DNA of 42,893 bases from an uncultured bacterium (GTDB lineage Bacteria > Hydrogenedentota > Hydrogenedentia > Hydrogenedentales > JAEUWI01): NCBI GenBank assembly GCA_963977445.1, contig CAXBPH010000018.1:1-42893 (forward strand), given 5' to 3'. The position numbers and the translations under genes were made by a program. Of this stretch, positions 10,060 to 20,509 are shown in pieces. The first letter of the stretch is position 1. Each line of letters begins with the position of its first letter. The notes below the pieces were generated by a model. The model saw only the letters and a list, made by a program, of their open reading frames with translations. It did no database searches and was not told the DNA's origin.

Positions 10060-11481
10060 TTAGTCCACCAGGATGACTTCAACACGTTTGCTCTGTTCCC
10101 CGCCGGGATGGAAGAGGATGATGTCGTTGTGCGCGTCGCCCCGGAGCGGGATGCTACGGGCCTGGCCGAAGCTCGGCACCTCCACGATGTTTTCGGCACG
10201 TTCTTCTATGAGAGAGTTTTCCGTTCCGAAGTGGATGGCGAGAGAGTCCACGGTGCGGCTGAAGGCAATGTCGATACGTTTGTCTCCATTGAAGTCCCCC
10301 ATGGTATAGGCGACTTGTTCGCGTCCTTCGGGGGCATCCATGGTGAGGGCCGTATGAAAACTGGGGTCATCCGGGTAGCCCGTACCGTTAAATTGGTAGA
10401 CGTCGAGATTGACAGACACCTTGCTGCGCATGAAGAAATTCATCAGGTTCTTGATGCCGAAGGGGATATTGATAATCATGACGTCTTTGGTGTCATCGCC
10501 GTCCACATCCATGATTAGCGGGCTTACGAGGGCACCCTTGGCAATGAAAGTGGCACTGGGGTCATCGGGGTATTTATAGGGAGCTTCCGCGAGATAGATA
10601 TGGGTCTGGGCTTCCAGTTTGGCCGTGCCCCGGGTCTGGGTAACAATGAGGTCGGGAAAGCCATCGTTATTGATGTCTTCCATCCGTGAGCTGGCTTCCC
10701 ATTTTTCTTCCAGATTGACCGGTATCTTGAAGCGCCAGTGTTGCTCCCAGTTTTCCCCATAGGCAAAGTCGGCGAATTCATCGCTCAACATGGCGAGGCC
10801 CTTGGCCTTGCTGTCGGGGATGTCGTAGGGGAGGAGGGCAGGAAAACGGTGGTAGACGTAAACACTGCTTCCCCGTCGGAGCTCACTGTACATGTCACAG
10901 GGAACGCTGGCGATGAGGGTATTTCCATGGCGGATCTCATAGCCTTCGGGCACGGGAATCAGCCACTCCTCAATGCCGTCGTCATCGAGATCGATAGCGC
11001 CTCGCCCGAGTATGATGGGGTTCTTCGAGCCACTGGGGTAGAGGGAAAAGAATTTGGGCTCGTCGATGGCGGTGTAACGTCCTTCGGAGAAGCCGTAGAC
11101 ACGTGCACCGCGGCCATGGATGGCGACCAGTTCACGGGGAGCGGCACCGTCTACCTCGGCAAAAAAGAGGGCCGCCATTTCGGTGGGTAGCTCGAGGGTC
11201 TGGACAGGTTTCTCGGGGTATTCTCCAATTTCTGTTGCCAGGAAAACGGAGACACTCTTTTCGAGGGGGTAGCTGTTTTCGTCACATCCCAGGGTGATGA
11301 GGTCGTTTAATCCGTTCCCATTCACGTCTTCGGCAGTCACATCCCATACGGGTAGCGTGTTGTTGAGGACCAGCGTACGTATGGTGGAGGCGGCCGGGGC
11401 GGTCGGGGCGACGAGCAAGAGGAACGGGGCCAATAGACCCAACGAACAGATTCGTAAGTAATTCAGATGGTACGGCGTCAA
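10060..11481 (-). CDS. Secreted FG-GAP/VCBS repeat protein
   Basis: Repeated DxDxDG motifs (DVNGNGLND, DLDDDGIEE, DINNDGFPD, DVDGDDTKD, GDFNGDKRID); signal peptide; TTG start at 11481 with GGAG RBS preferred over 11538. Confidence 0.82.
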   Translation of the reverse strand: MTPYHLNYLRICSLGLLAPFLLLVAPTAPAASTIRTLVLNNTLPVWDVTAEDVNGNGLNDLITLGCDENSYPLEKSVSVFLATEIGEYPEKPVQTLELPTEMAALFFAEVDGAAPRELVAIHGRGARVYGFSEGRYTAIDEPKFFSLYPSGSKNPIILGRGAIDLDDDGIEEWLIPVPEGYEIRHGNTLIASVPCDMYSELRRGSSVYVYHRFPALLPYDIPDSKAKGLAMLSDEFADFAYGENWEQHWRFKIPVNLEEKWEASSRMEDINNDGFPDLIVTQTRGTAKLEAQTHIYLAEAPYKYPDDPSATFIAKGALVSPLIMDVDGDDTKDVMIINIPFGIKNLMNFFMRSKVSVNLDVYQFNGTGYPDDPSFHTALTMDAPEGREQVAYTMGDFNGDKRIDIAFSRTVDSLAIHFGTENSLIEERAENIVEVPSFGQARSIPLRGDAHNDIILFHPGGEQSKRVEVILVD

Positions 11482-11577
11482 CGATTGTCTCCAGTTTCGC
11501 CCAAAGGCGGTTACGTCGACTACCTGCAGCCAGGCCACAGGTAGCTGGTACGTATGTATTACGGAGAAGACGTATTG

Positions 11578-12072
11578 TTACAGTAGCTTATTCATTTTCT
11601 GCCGCAGGGCTTCGCTTTTTTCCAGGCTGGCTTTGAGCTGGGCGACCCGTGCCGTGTCCTCGTTTTTCTTGGCTTGTTCCAGCGCTGCTACCAAGACATC
11701 CGTCATGTCCTTGACCTGTTCAAAGAGCATCTCGGTCATTTCTTCTTTGGCGGGGAAGCGGGTCTTCAGAATAACCCGCTGGCCCATGTGGATTCCTGCG
11801 GCCTCAAAATCGCTCTGATCGATAACTTCTCCGACAGCGGGGCCTTCCATGATTTGCACTTGGGCATGGGGCCGCAAAAAGTCGAGTAATTCTTTGCGGT
11901 CCAGCTTGCCACACTCGGGATCGCGCTGGCAAAAGTCCAGCAGCGTGTCCAGCGGTACGAGGGGGTTGCTGGCCTGGCCGAGATAATGGATGCATTTTTC
12001 TTCTATTTTCTCTAAGTTCATACCAAACTTTCTGGGAAAGGGGATGATGTTATCCGATGAATCAGCAACCAT
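11578..12072 (-). CDS. Hypothetical protein with C-terminal coiled coil
   Basis: Only plausible ORF in the gap, same strand as neighbours; start uncertain (12093, 12072 or 12021). Confidence 0.65.
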   Translation of the reverse strand: MVADSSDNIIPFPRKFGMNLEKIEEKCIHYLGQASNPLVPLDTLLDFCQRDPECGKLDRKELLDFLRPHAQVQIMEGPAVGEVIDQSDFEAAGIHMGQRVILKTRFPAKEEMTEMLFEQVKDMTDVLVAALEQAKKNEDTARVAQLKASLEKSEALRQKMNKLL

Positions 12073-12258
12073 GTTGGGGCTGCCGGGTAGCATTGCCGGT
12101 TTGAGAGCAGCATTCCGAATTTCCGTCTGACACCGGTAAGGTCGGGTTGGTGATCATAGGTATCGCCTTCCATCGTTTCTATTCTGTCACGCGCTGAGGT
12201 CACAACGCGATCTTTTCCTGCCCACCACCGTGATTAGCGAGATTCCGGTGTGGCTCCC

Positions 12259-14745
12259 TTATATGCTTTCTTCCAACAGATTGGCTGTTGTGATAGTCCA
12301 GTCGGTGGGGTCAATTACTATCGTTTTTACTTCATACGGTGCAAAGGAGACCGTAAATTGCTGCTCCATCAGGGGGAGGAGTATTTCCGCGTCGACGGCG
12401 AGGCCGTTGGTTTCGTAGCCGCGCACGACCAGTTTTTCATTGTCTTCCTGTTGTTTCAACACGGTGAGGACCACATTTGGGGCGTCACAGGACAACATGC
12501 TGCCGACTTGCGGGCGCTTTCCCTGGTGGGCAGACTCGACGTGCTGGATGCACGGGGCATTGTGTTCCCAGGCGTGTTGCGGGGTCTGGGCTTCGCGCCA
12601 ATCGCCGGTATGGGGGAAGATTTGAAGGGCCAAGGTGTGCCAGCCCTGATCCATGATGGCCACGCGGGTATCGGGGGCGTAGCGGGCCGGATCGTGATGG
12701 GCATAGGCGGGACTGCGCAGGATAGTCATACGCATCACATTACCCCGCACATCGAAACTGTATTGGCCGTCGTTGAGAATACTCAGGCCGTAGGGCTTGC
12801 CATCAATAGTACCGCTCAGGTCAAACCACTGTTGCCCCGGCTCCTCTTCGCCTTGTGCTTCGCGGACCTGATGGGCATAGGGGGTTTCGAAGGTGGCGGT
12901 GCCGTCGGCAATGTTGGTGTCGAAGCCCACTTTGAGCATGTGGTAGGCCTCTTGCCAATTTACGCTGAGGTTACAGTCGATGCGCGGTGAATCACGGTAG
13001 AGGGTGAGTTCCTGCATTGCACTGGATTTGCCAAAGCGCGATTGGATTTGGATGGTTGCGAGTACATCGCCTTCTTCCACGACTTGAAGTCGGGCCTCGG
13101 CGAAACGTCCCGCCTCGATGCGGTATTCTTTGACGGCATGGCTCCAGGTATCTGAATTGTCCTGAATGGCGGCAAGGACCAGTCCACTGCGGAGCACGTT
13201 GACCTCGTTCTGTTTGTCGAAGAGTCCTACCATGTGGCCATCATAGGGGTCGAGGTCAATGCGCCACCACTGGTTTTCCACCTGGGTGCGGGAGACACTT
13301 AACGGGGCCAGCGTGCGTGCGGTCGATGTTGACAGGCGTGCATGGAAGCAGCGATAACCCAGTGCGGGTATATCAGCCATGAAGCAATAGCGTTTGCCTG
13401 CGAAGGGCATGCGGCTGAGGGATTCGCCGTTAATTTCCTGAACGGGGACGGGGATTTCCGTATGGTCCACCAATTGCAGCGGTGTTTCCACATCGTCGAG
13501 AAGCTGCAAGGGGGCACCCAGTTCCCGTCGGATTATGGGCGAAGCGAGAACGGGCTGGCGGACGGGCCAGGGCAGGGGATTGAAGACGACGATGGTATTG
13601 CCTTCCGTCGTGGTGTCGATGTCCCTTGCGATGGTCTGTATGGACTCGTTGATGATGGTCTTGCAACGGTGTCGGGCCGCACCGAGTTGGTCCCGTGTGT
13701 CCTCATAGGAGGATTCGAGACTCGTGCCTGCGATGATGTCGTGAAAGTGATTGTAGAGCAGGTCCTTCCACGATTCTTCCAGGGGGGCCTTGGGGTAGGG
13801 GTTGGCCCGAAGGAGGGTGGCCATGGTGGCGAGGCGTTCTGCGGTGAGGAGGCTGTGCTCTACCTTCCGGTTCCATTGTTTTACTCCGGCGTGCACGCTG
13901 TAGCAGCCCCGTGCGTGGTGCTGCAGTTCCGTTTTGGTCACGGTGAAGGTGCTGGTATCGAGATCGGCTTCCATCGCTTCGAAGTATTTTTCCAGCGTGG
14001 AGAAAACAGGTTGGAGCGGTCCCTTTTCCGCCTGGAGGGCCTGGATGTCTGCAATGGACGCCTTCGTGGGGCCACCGCCGTGATTACCTACGCCGTAGAA
14101 GCCGAGGACGTGGGATTGGCCCGGGTTCAGTTGGGGGTTGTGGGGCAGGGATTCCATGCGCGCACGGGTTTCATCCCAGCAATTATAATCGGGTCCCAGA
14201 TTGCTGGTAAGCACGCGGGAGCCGTCGGGGGCTTCCCACCAGAAGGTGGTGCCACCGGGATAGTCCCGCTCTTCCACGGCCATGGGCCGCATGAAGATAT
14301 AGTGCTTCATGCCCAGGCCGTTGAGAATCTGGGGAAGGTTGCCGGGGTGGCCGAAGGTATCGGGGTTGAAGCCGATTACGGCTTTCTTGCCAAATTCCTG
14401 GGCGAAAAAGCGCTGGCCATAAAGACCCTGACGGACCAGAGATTCGCCGGAAGGGACATTGCAATCGGGCTCGATCCACATGCCGCCCACGATTTCCCAA
14501 CGGCCTTCGGCGACGCGCTGTCGGATTTCTTCGAACATGTCGGGCTCGGAAGCCTTCACCCAGGCATAAAAGCAGGGGCTGCTCGCCGTAAAGGTGAAGT
14601 CGGGCGTTTCCCGCATCCGGTCCAGGGCGCTCCGGAAGGTCGCGCGAACTTCTTCGTAGCCTTCGGTCCAGCGCCAGAGCCAGGTGGGGTCGATGTGGCC
14701 GTGACCAATCATATGGAGGGTATAGGATGGGGTGTCGTTGTTCAC
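12259..14745 (-). CDS. Alpha-mannosidase, glycoside hydrolase family 38
   Basis: GHGHIDPTWLW, GGMWIEPDCNVPSGESLVRQ, PDTFGH, GVGNHGGGPT, HFHDIIAGTS; GTG start at 14745 with GGAG RBS (ORF extends to 14802). Confidence 0.94.
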   Translation of the reverse strand: MNNDTPSYTLHMIGHGHIDPTWLWRWTEGYEEVRATFRSALDRMRETPDFTFTASSPCFYAWVKASEPDMFEEIRQRVAEGRWEIVGGMWIEPDCNVPSGESLVRQGLYGQRFFAQEFGKKAVIGFNPDTFGHPGNLPQILNGLGMKHYIFMRPMAVEERDYPGGTTFWWEAPDGSRVLTSNLGPDYNCWDETRARMESLPHNPQLNPGQSHVLGFYGVGNHGGGPTKASIADIQALQAEKGPLQPVFSTLEKYFEAMEADLDTSTFTVTKTELQHHARGCYSVHAGVKQWNRKVEHSLLTAERLATMATLLRANPYPKAPLEESWKDLLYNHFHDIIAGTSLESSYEDTRDQLGAARHRCKTIINESIQTIARDIDTTTEGNTIVVFNPLPWPVRQPVLASPIIRRELGAPLQLLDDVETPLQLVDHTEIPVPVQEINGESLSRMPFAGKRYCFMADIPALGYRCFHARLSTSTARTLAPLSVSRTQVENQWWRIDLDPYDGHMVGLFDKQNEVNVLRSGLVLAAIQDNSDTWSHAVKEYRIEAGRFAEARLQVVEEGDVLATIQIQSRFGKSSAMQELTLYRDSPRIDCNLSVNWQEAYHMLKVGFDTNIADGTATFETPYAHQVREAQGEEEPGQQWFDLSGTIDGKPYGLSILNDGQYSFDVRGNVMRMTILRSPAYAHHDPARYAPDTRVAIMDQGWHTLALQIFPHTGDWREAQTPQHAWEHNAPCIQHVESAHQGKRPQVGSMLSCDAPNVVLTVLKQQEDNEKLVVRGYETNGLAVDAEILLPLMEQQFTVSFAPYEVKTIVIDPTDWTITTANLLEESI

Positions 14746-14840
14746 AGTGGAATCTCCCACGGGGTATAGACGCTCGGCATCGGGGTATACAGGCAGGGCC
14801 ACAACACGTGGGTTGTGGCCCCGAACATTACAGATGGAAA

Positions 14841-15680
14841 TTATACGGCAGGAAAGAGATAGTCTGCCAGTGCCTGGGCCTCAGAGAAGTCGGGGATGAT
14901 GATATCGGCACCGGCCTTAATCAGGCGTTCGCGCTTGGCTTCATCGAGTCCGAAACCTGCTTTTTCGTCCGAGGGCACACCGACGGCAATACCGCCGACG
15001 GCTTTGACATTGCGCAGTTCCACAGGGCCATCGCCCACGGCCATGACTTCGGGGCCACTGAGGCCGTGCTCTTTCACGAGGTCCTGGATGATTTTTTCTT
15101 TGGAGTATTCCTGGAAGGTGCGAAGGGCACCCCAGATCTCTTTAAAATAGTGGTCTACGCCGAGTTTGTTGGCTTCATTGCGCACATCGTCACGGTCGGT
15201 TCCACTGAATACGTAGAGCGCCAGATTTTCCTGCTTCGAAATGATTTCGAGGAAATCGGGGGCGCCTTTAACAATGGCTTTCTCCCGCGGCATGGCACCG
15301 GAGGCCAGGTTGGCCAGCCGTTCGCGGACGGGGACCATGAGGCGGTCGAGATAAATGGCTTTATAGTGCTGTGCATCCTCGATGTCGGCTTCGGGCACGA
15401 AACCTTTTTCACGGATTAATTCGACGAGCCGTTCCATCTGAAGAATGGTCTGGATGCCGGTGGTCTCATCGATCATGGTGCGCACTTCGTCTTCGATGGC
15501 GGGTGTCGGCGGGGTGTTACCGCAAATCATCTCCACACAAACGGGGAGCATGATATCCTGCCAGCCTTCGCGAAGAATGCTGATGGTGCCGTCAAAATCG
15601 AAGAGGCCATACCTAATCTTGCCCCGTTCCACTTCGTTTATGATTTCGATTTGGGTGCCGGGCAGATAATTCCTGCTCAT
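14841..15680 (-). CDS. HAD-superfamily hydrolase
   Basis: Motif I FDFDGT, motif II FSGT, motif IV VGDGPVE, C-terminal GADIIIPDF. Confidence 0.88.
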   Translation of the reverse strand: MSRNYLPGTQIEIINEVERGKIRYGLFDFDGTISILREGWQDIMLPVCVEMICGNTPPTPAIEDEVRTMIDETTGIQTILQMERLVELIREKGFVPEADIEDAQHYKAIYLDRLMVPVRERLANLASGAMPREKAIVKGAPDFLEIISKQENLALYVFSGTDRDDVRNEANKLGVDHYFKEIWGALRTFQEYSKEKIIQDLVKEHGLSGPEVMAVGDGPVELRNVKAVGGIAVGVPSDEKAGFGLDEAKRERLIKAGADIIIPDFSEAQALADYLFPAV

Positions 15681-15764
15681 GGAAAAACTCCTGAAGGACA
15701 AGTTTTAGCGGATGGTAAAGGACAATATTTCCCTGTAACGGACATGACCGACGGGGGGAGGGCG

Positions 15765-16286
15765 CTATTCTACCATGAATTCGACCAGACTATGTACTGG
15801 CATGGGGGCGAGATGTTTTCTGCCGCCGAGGGGCGGGAGCTCGACCACGAAGGCGGCTTCGGTGATGATTCCGCCCAGTTTTTCTATCAAACGGGCCACG
15901 GCAGCGACGGTGCCGCCCGTTGCGAGGAGGTCATCGACGATGACAACCCGCTCGCCGGGTTTAATGGCATCGCGGTGAATCTCAACGATGGCGGTGCCAT
16001 ACTCGAGGGCATATTCTTCGGCGATGGTGTCGCCCGGCAACTTGCCTTTTTTGCGCGCAGTAACAAAGGGCAGGCCCATCTGGTGAGCCAGGGTCGCGCC
16101 GAATATAAAGCCCCGGGCATCGACCCCGACGATGGCGTCGATGGGCTGGCCGGTATAACGAAGCTCGAAGAGGCGAATGGTTTCGCGAAAGGCTTCGGGC
16201 ACCAGGAGGAGGGTCGTGATGTCTTTAAACTGAATTCCCGGCACGGGGAAATCGGGAACGTTGCGAATATACTGAGCGAGATCCAT
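15765..16286 (-). CDS. apt: Adenine phosphoribosyltransferase
   Basis: IRNVPDFPVPGIQFKDITTLL, DARGFIFG, RKKGKLPG, YALEYG, VDDLLATGGT. Confidence 0.97.
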   Translation of the reverse strand: MDLAQYIRNVPDFPVPGIQFKDITTLLLVPEAFRETIRLFELRYTGQPIDAIVGVDARGFIFGATLAHQMGLPFVTARKKGKLPGDTIAEEYALEYGTAIVEIHRDAIKPGERVVIVDDLLATGGTVAAVARLIEKLGGIITEAAFVVELPPLGGRKHLAPMPVHSLVEFMVE

Positions 16287-16354
16287 GGGGATTCCTTGTG
16301 ATGGCGCGATTGGTCATGGTGGTCCCGTGCCTGCGGTGACCCGCATGGCGCGTA

Positions 16355-17185
16355 TCAGGGACGGAAATCGTCTTCGTGGGCCGATGCGTAGGTGCGCAGA
16401 CGTTTCATAACGTCTTTTTCGATCTGGCGAATGCGTTCGCGGGTAAGCTTATACATCTTTCCCGTTTCTTCGAGGGTGTGGGCCCGGCCATCGTGGAGGC
16501 CGTAGCGAAAGCGGATAATGTTGGCTTCCCGCTCCGTCAGCTGCCGCATTAACTCTTCCATTTGCTGGTCAAGCTCAATTTGCTCGATGGCCTTGTCGAC
16601 CCGCTTGGGTTCGAGGCTTTCCGGAATGCCCCGGTCGCCGTCGGAGTCGGTCGATTGCATCCGCTCGAGTGGAGTTACCACGTCGGCGAACTCCTGGAGC
16701 CGTTTGGCCTCAGCAAGTTTTACATTGAGCTCTTTGGCGATGGATTCGATATCGGGATAGCGCCCCGTACGAATATACTCCCGCTCTACCAGCTTTTTGT
16801 AGCGGGCGACGTTGTCGGTTATATATACGGGGATACGCACGGTGCGACCGTGGTTGGAGAGGGAGCGCGTCACGGCCTGGCGAATCCACCAGGTCGCATA
16901 GGTAGAAAACTTACAACCCCGATCCGGGTCATAGCGTTCTACGGCTTTCATCAACCCGAGGTTACCTTCTTCAATCAGGTCCATCAGGGGCAAGCCGTAG
17001 TAGAGGTATTTTTTGGCGATACTGACCACGAGACGCAAATTGGATACGATGAGTCGGCGCCGTGCCGATGCATCACCCGCCAGTGCGGATTTCGACAGAC
17101 GAATCTCCTCTGAGGACGACAACAGCGGGATCTTGGAAATCTCCGCCAAGTAGATACTCAGGCCATTTTCGCGTGTGTCAGACAT
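16355..17185 (-). CDS. Sigma-70 family RpoD/RpoS-like sigma factor lacking region 1.1
   Basis: Region 1.2 [11 protein letters not shown]; region 2 [43 protein letters not shown]; region 4 TLEETG...TRERIRQIE; 276 aa. Confidence 0.93.
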   Translation of the reverse strand: MSDTRENGLSIYLAEISKIPLLSSSEEIRLSKSALAGDASARRRLIVSNLRLVVSIAKKYLYYGLPLMDLIEEGNLGLMKAVERYDPDRGCKFSTYATWWIRQAVTRSLSNHGRTVRIPVYITDNVARYKKLVEREYIRTGRYPDIESIAKELNVKLAEAKRLQEFADVVTPLERMQSTDSDGDRGIPESLEPKRVDKAIEQIELDQQMEELMRQLTEREANIIRFRYGLHDGRAHTLEETGKMYKLTRERIRQIEKDVMKRLRTYASAHEDDFRP

Positions 17186-17418
17186 GGACTCTCTTCTTGG
17201 GGTGGTTACTAAACCCAATAATTAGAAAAATACCAATTGTTCAATAAAGTATATTCACCGTTGCCATTAATTCATCTCACGGGGTCGGCAGTGCTGACAC
17301 CTCCCCGAGTCATGCCTACTTCCGGCCTGTCTGCGGTCCCCAACCTGTGGGATTGGCAGTGGATAGAGACCGATTTCCGGTGCTATCCATTGTGGCACAA
17401 TACAATTGAACCTGAACC

Positions 17419-17447
17419 ATAATACAAAACGATTGTGAGGGGTTCAA
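17419..17447 (-). promoter_or_regulatory. Putative sigma70 promoter for the sigma factor gene
   Basis: Minus-strand TTGAAC-N17-TATTAT in an AT-rich intergenic region. Confidence 0.55.
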
Positions 17448-17540
17448 GAGACTTGTTAAAATTACAGTATGGATAGTATTAGCATTAAGCATAGATACTG
17501 TTAATTTTTACTTTCAGGGGCATTGATATAGGGTGGTTGA

Positions 17541-18050
<510 letters not shown>

Positions 18051-18135
18051 TAAAACCCCCGGTGTTACACTGTAGTCTAATTGTCCGCGTGGAATGCCAC
18101 GTGGAGAGATACGGGAAAACACGGGAGTCTTGACT

Positions 18136-19404
18136 ATGAAAAACCTATGGAGCCGCGCGTTCGTAGCGGCCTTGATGTTCACCCTTTGCGCCAGCTCAGC
18201 GCAGGCCCTGAAGGTGGGCGCCGCCAATCGGGTGTTGACACCCAAGGAACCCATGCCCCTTTCCGGTGGCGTTGGCGTGCCCGCGCCACCCAAAGGCCAG
18301 CGCGGTGACCTCTTTGCCCGTGTCATGGTATTTGAGGAGGGCGATACCCGGGTTGCCCTGGTGGACGTCGATTTTCTTGGTTTTCCCGGCGTCCTCAGTG
18401 ACCAGATTCGGGCGAAGGTCGACGGTATTCCGGGCTCCAATATTCTCATTGGTGCTACCCACACCCACAGCGGTCCCGACATGTATGCCTTTCCCGACGG
18501 CAAAGGGGGGCACAATGGCGATATGGACTACATCGCGTGGGTCGTCGACCAGACGGCGGCTGCAATCAACGAGGCCGTTTCGAAACTCGAGCCAGCCGTG
18601 TTGAAAATTAACGTGGGCGAGGCCAAGGGCAAGATTGCCTTCAATTATTACGCGCCCCAGCTCTATGACCCCCGGTGCGGCGTGATCCAGGCGTTGACAC
18701 CCGATTCCACACGGGTTATTGCGACTCTGGTGAATTATGCGAGCCATCCTGAAGTGCTTGGGGCAAAGCGGGGACTTCTCAGCCCGGACTTTTGCGGACC
18801 CCTCTATGATCGCATCGAGTCCAAAACTGGCGGTATGGCCCTATTCATGAACGGTGCCCAGGGCGGTATGGTGACCGCGGACAATCGGGATGTGCCCGAA
18901 GACGACGCGTCCATGTGGCAGGAGTGTATCCGTATTGGCGAGCTTCTGGCCGACGAGGCCCTGCGTATCGTTTCCGATGCCCCCGTCCAGGCAGCGCCCG
19001 CCGTGTTTTGTGCTTCTGAGCGCTTGACCTTTCCGGTGACGAGTCCTCTGATTGTTCAGCTCTTTGGCGCTTCCGGTCTGGACTACAGCAGCGTGACAGA
19101 AGGAATGAATATCTCCACCCAGATGAATCTGGTGAATATCGGCACGGCGCAACTGGTGAATATTCCCGGGGAAGCGCTGCCGAATATCGGCTATTATCTC
19201 AAGCGCAATATGCCCACGGAACATCCCTTTCTGCTGGGCCTGACGAACGATGCCTTTGGCTACATACTCAGCCGGGTAGACTTCAGCAGCTTTGAGCGCT
19301 ATGAATATGTGACGGCGACGAGTCTGGGTGAGGGGACGGGGCCGATTCTCATTGAGGCGATTCTGGGCATGGTGGAGAAGTATCCCAAACCTGCTTCAAA
19401 CTAA
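18136..19404 (+). CDS. Secreted neutral/alkaline ceramidase-like hydrolase
   Basis: Signal peptide ending AQA; IGATHTHSGP, LVNYASHP, FMNGAQG, IPGE, GLTNDAFGY. Confidence 0.78.
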   Translation: MKNLWSRAFVAALMFTLCASSAQALKVGAANRVLTPKEPMPLSGGVGVPAPPKGQRGDLFARVMVFEEGDTRVALVDVDFLGFPGVLSDQIRAKVDGIPGSNILIGATHTHSGPDMYAFPDGKGGHNGDMDYIAWVVDQTAAAINEAVSKLEPAVLKINVGEAKGKIAFNYYAPQLYDPRCGVIQALTPDSTRVIATLVNYASHPEVLGAKRGLLSPDFCGPLYDRIESKTGGMALFMNGAQGGMVTADNRDVPEDDASMWQECIRIGELLADEALRIVSDAPVQAAPAVFCASERLTFPVTSPLIVQLFGASGLDYSSVTEGMNISTQMNLVNIGTAQLVNIPGEALPNIGYYLKRNMPTEHPFLLGLTNDAFGYILSRVDFSSFERYEYVTATSLGEGTGPILIEAILGMVEKYPKPASN

Positions 19405-19461
19405 TCTGCATACGGGCATTTCACGAGATTCTTGATATATAGTGCTCTTAAGGGCCCTCTG

Positions 19462-19499
19462 ACGGCGGCGCAACGTTGCGTCCGCCGTTTTTTTGTTTT
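19462..19499 (+). terminator. Rho-independent terminator
   Basis: ACGGCGGCGCA-ACGT-TGCGTCCGCCGT hairpin (one bulged base) followed by a T-tract. Confidence 0.85.
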
Positions 19500-19590
19500 C
19501 TATGGCTTCCCTCGTTTTCTGCAATGACGCTTACACATTCCTGGTGGTCGTTGCGGCCTGGTGCGTCGTCTGAGTGCCCTCGTTGTGGTC

Positions 19591-19635
19591 TGTTACGAAG
19601 TCGTTACATAGATTCGCTCGCAATCGTGCTAGATT
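19591..19635 (+). promoter_or_regulatory. Putative OmpR/PhoB-type direct-repeat site and extended -10
   Basis: GTTAC at 19592 and 19603 (11-bp period), then TGcTAGATT at 19627-19635, upstream of the genes that include an OmpR-family regulator. Confidence 0.5.
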
Positions 19636-19691
19636 AAGCGCGTCAATCGTGGGCAGGGAAGTGACTCAGGGACTACAGGAGGAAGGGCGGG

Positions 19692-20408
19692 ATGAACAGA
19701 TTACTTCTTATCGCAGGAATCGTCATGATGGGTACCGGACTTCCCGCCATCGCCGAGGAATCGACTCCCGAGGCCCAAGGGTCCAGAGGCTTCGGGCAGC
19801 GCGAAGGATTTGAAACATTCGGCGAGGCCCATCGCTTCATCTTTCTCGCCGTGTTGGAGGGGCTCTATGAAGACGGCGTGAGTCGCGATGATGTGGCCCG
19901 GATGCTCAAGCAGGAGGAGGGTCAATACTTTGATCATTTCATTGCCCATTGTCCCTTGTGCACCGCGGTGATACAGGCCCTGGAAGTCTATGCGGCGCGA
20001 CCAGACTTCTACATGTATAAGGGCCGCAATTATCAGATTGAGGAGGCGACTTTCGGGCCGGGGCTGTCTGATAAGGTGCGGGCGGATCTCGGGTCGGACG
20101 AGGTAGAAGTACGGCTAACGGCTATTTTCGGATTACTTTCCAAATGGATGAACGTCCGTATGGGTCGTGTGTACCCCAGTGAAAAGGCGCGGGCGCCCCT
20201 GCTGGCACAGTTGGAATTGGGGAAGAAGGAGGGACTGCGCATGCTGGAGCAGTTTCGGCGGGATCCAGCGCGGCTCAAAATGCTTGCACCGGGTTTCGCC
20301 AATATCGAACACTGCGCGGCGTGCAGTGCCGCTGTGGGCGATCCCTTTCAGGAGATGGTACCGATAGGCACGGCGGAGAAGAAGTCTACGGGGTTGTTGA
20401 AGAAATAA
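19692..20408 (+). CDS. Secreted hypothetical protein with two HCxxC motifs
   Basis: Signal peptide ending AIA-EE; HCPLC and HCAAC; AGGAGG RBS-like sequence. Confidence 0.75.
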   Translation: MNRLLLIAGIVMMGTGLPAIAEESTPEAQGSRGFGQREGFETFGEAHRFIFLAVLEGLYEDGVSRDDVARMLKQEEGQYFDHFIAHCPLCTAVIQALEVYAARPDFYMYKGRNYQIEEATFGPGLSDKVRADLGSDEVEVRLTAIFGLLSKWMNVRMGRVYPSEKARAPLLAQLELGKKEGLRMLEQFRRDPARLKMLAPGFANIEHCAACSAAVGDPFQEMVPIGTAEKKSTGLLKK

Positions 20409-20509
20409 TGGGCTGCGGCAATAATGGGGCAATCCGGCCAGGTGATGCCGGGGTGCGAAGGCAGTGGGACGTGCGCGGGGCGCGCACGTCCCTCAATGAG
20501 GTGGATTGA

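Noticed and set aside
16355..17185. Calling the sigma factor rpoD or rpoS
   Set aside because: It lacks region 1.1 and region 3 is divergent; orthology cannot be assigned without a phylogeny
18064..18076. TACA-C-TGTA as a BlaI/CopY box
   Set aside because: Spacing is N1 rather than N2, and it differs from the palindrome at the blaI-like promoter
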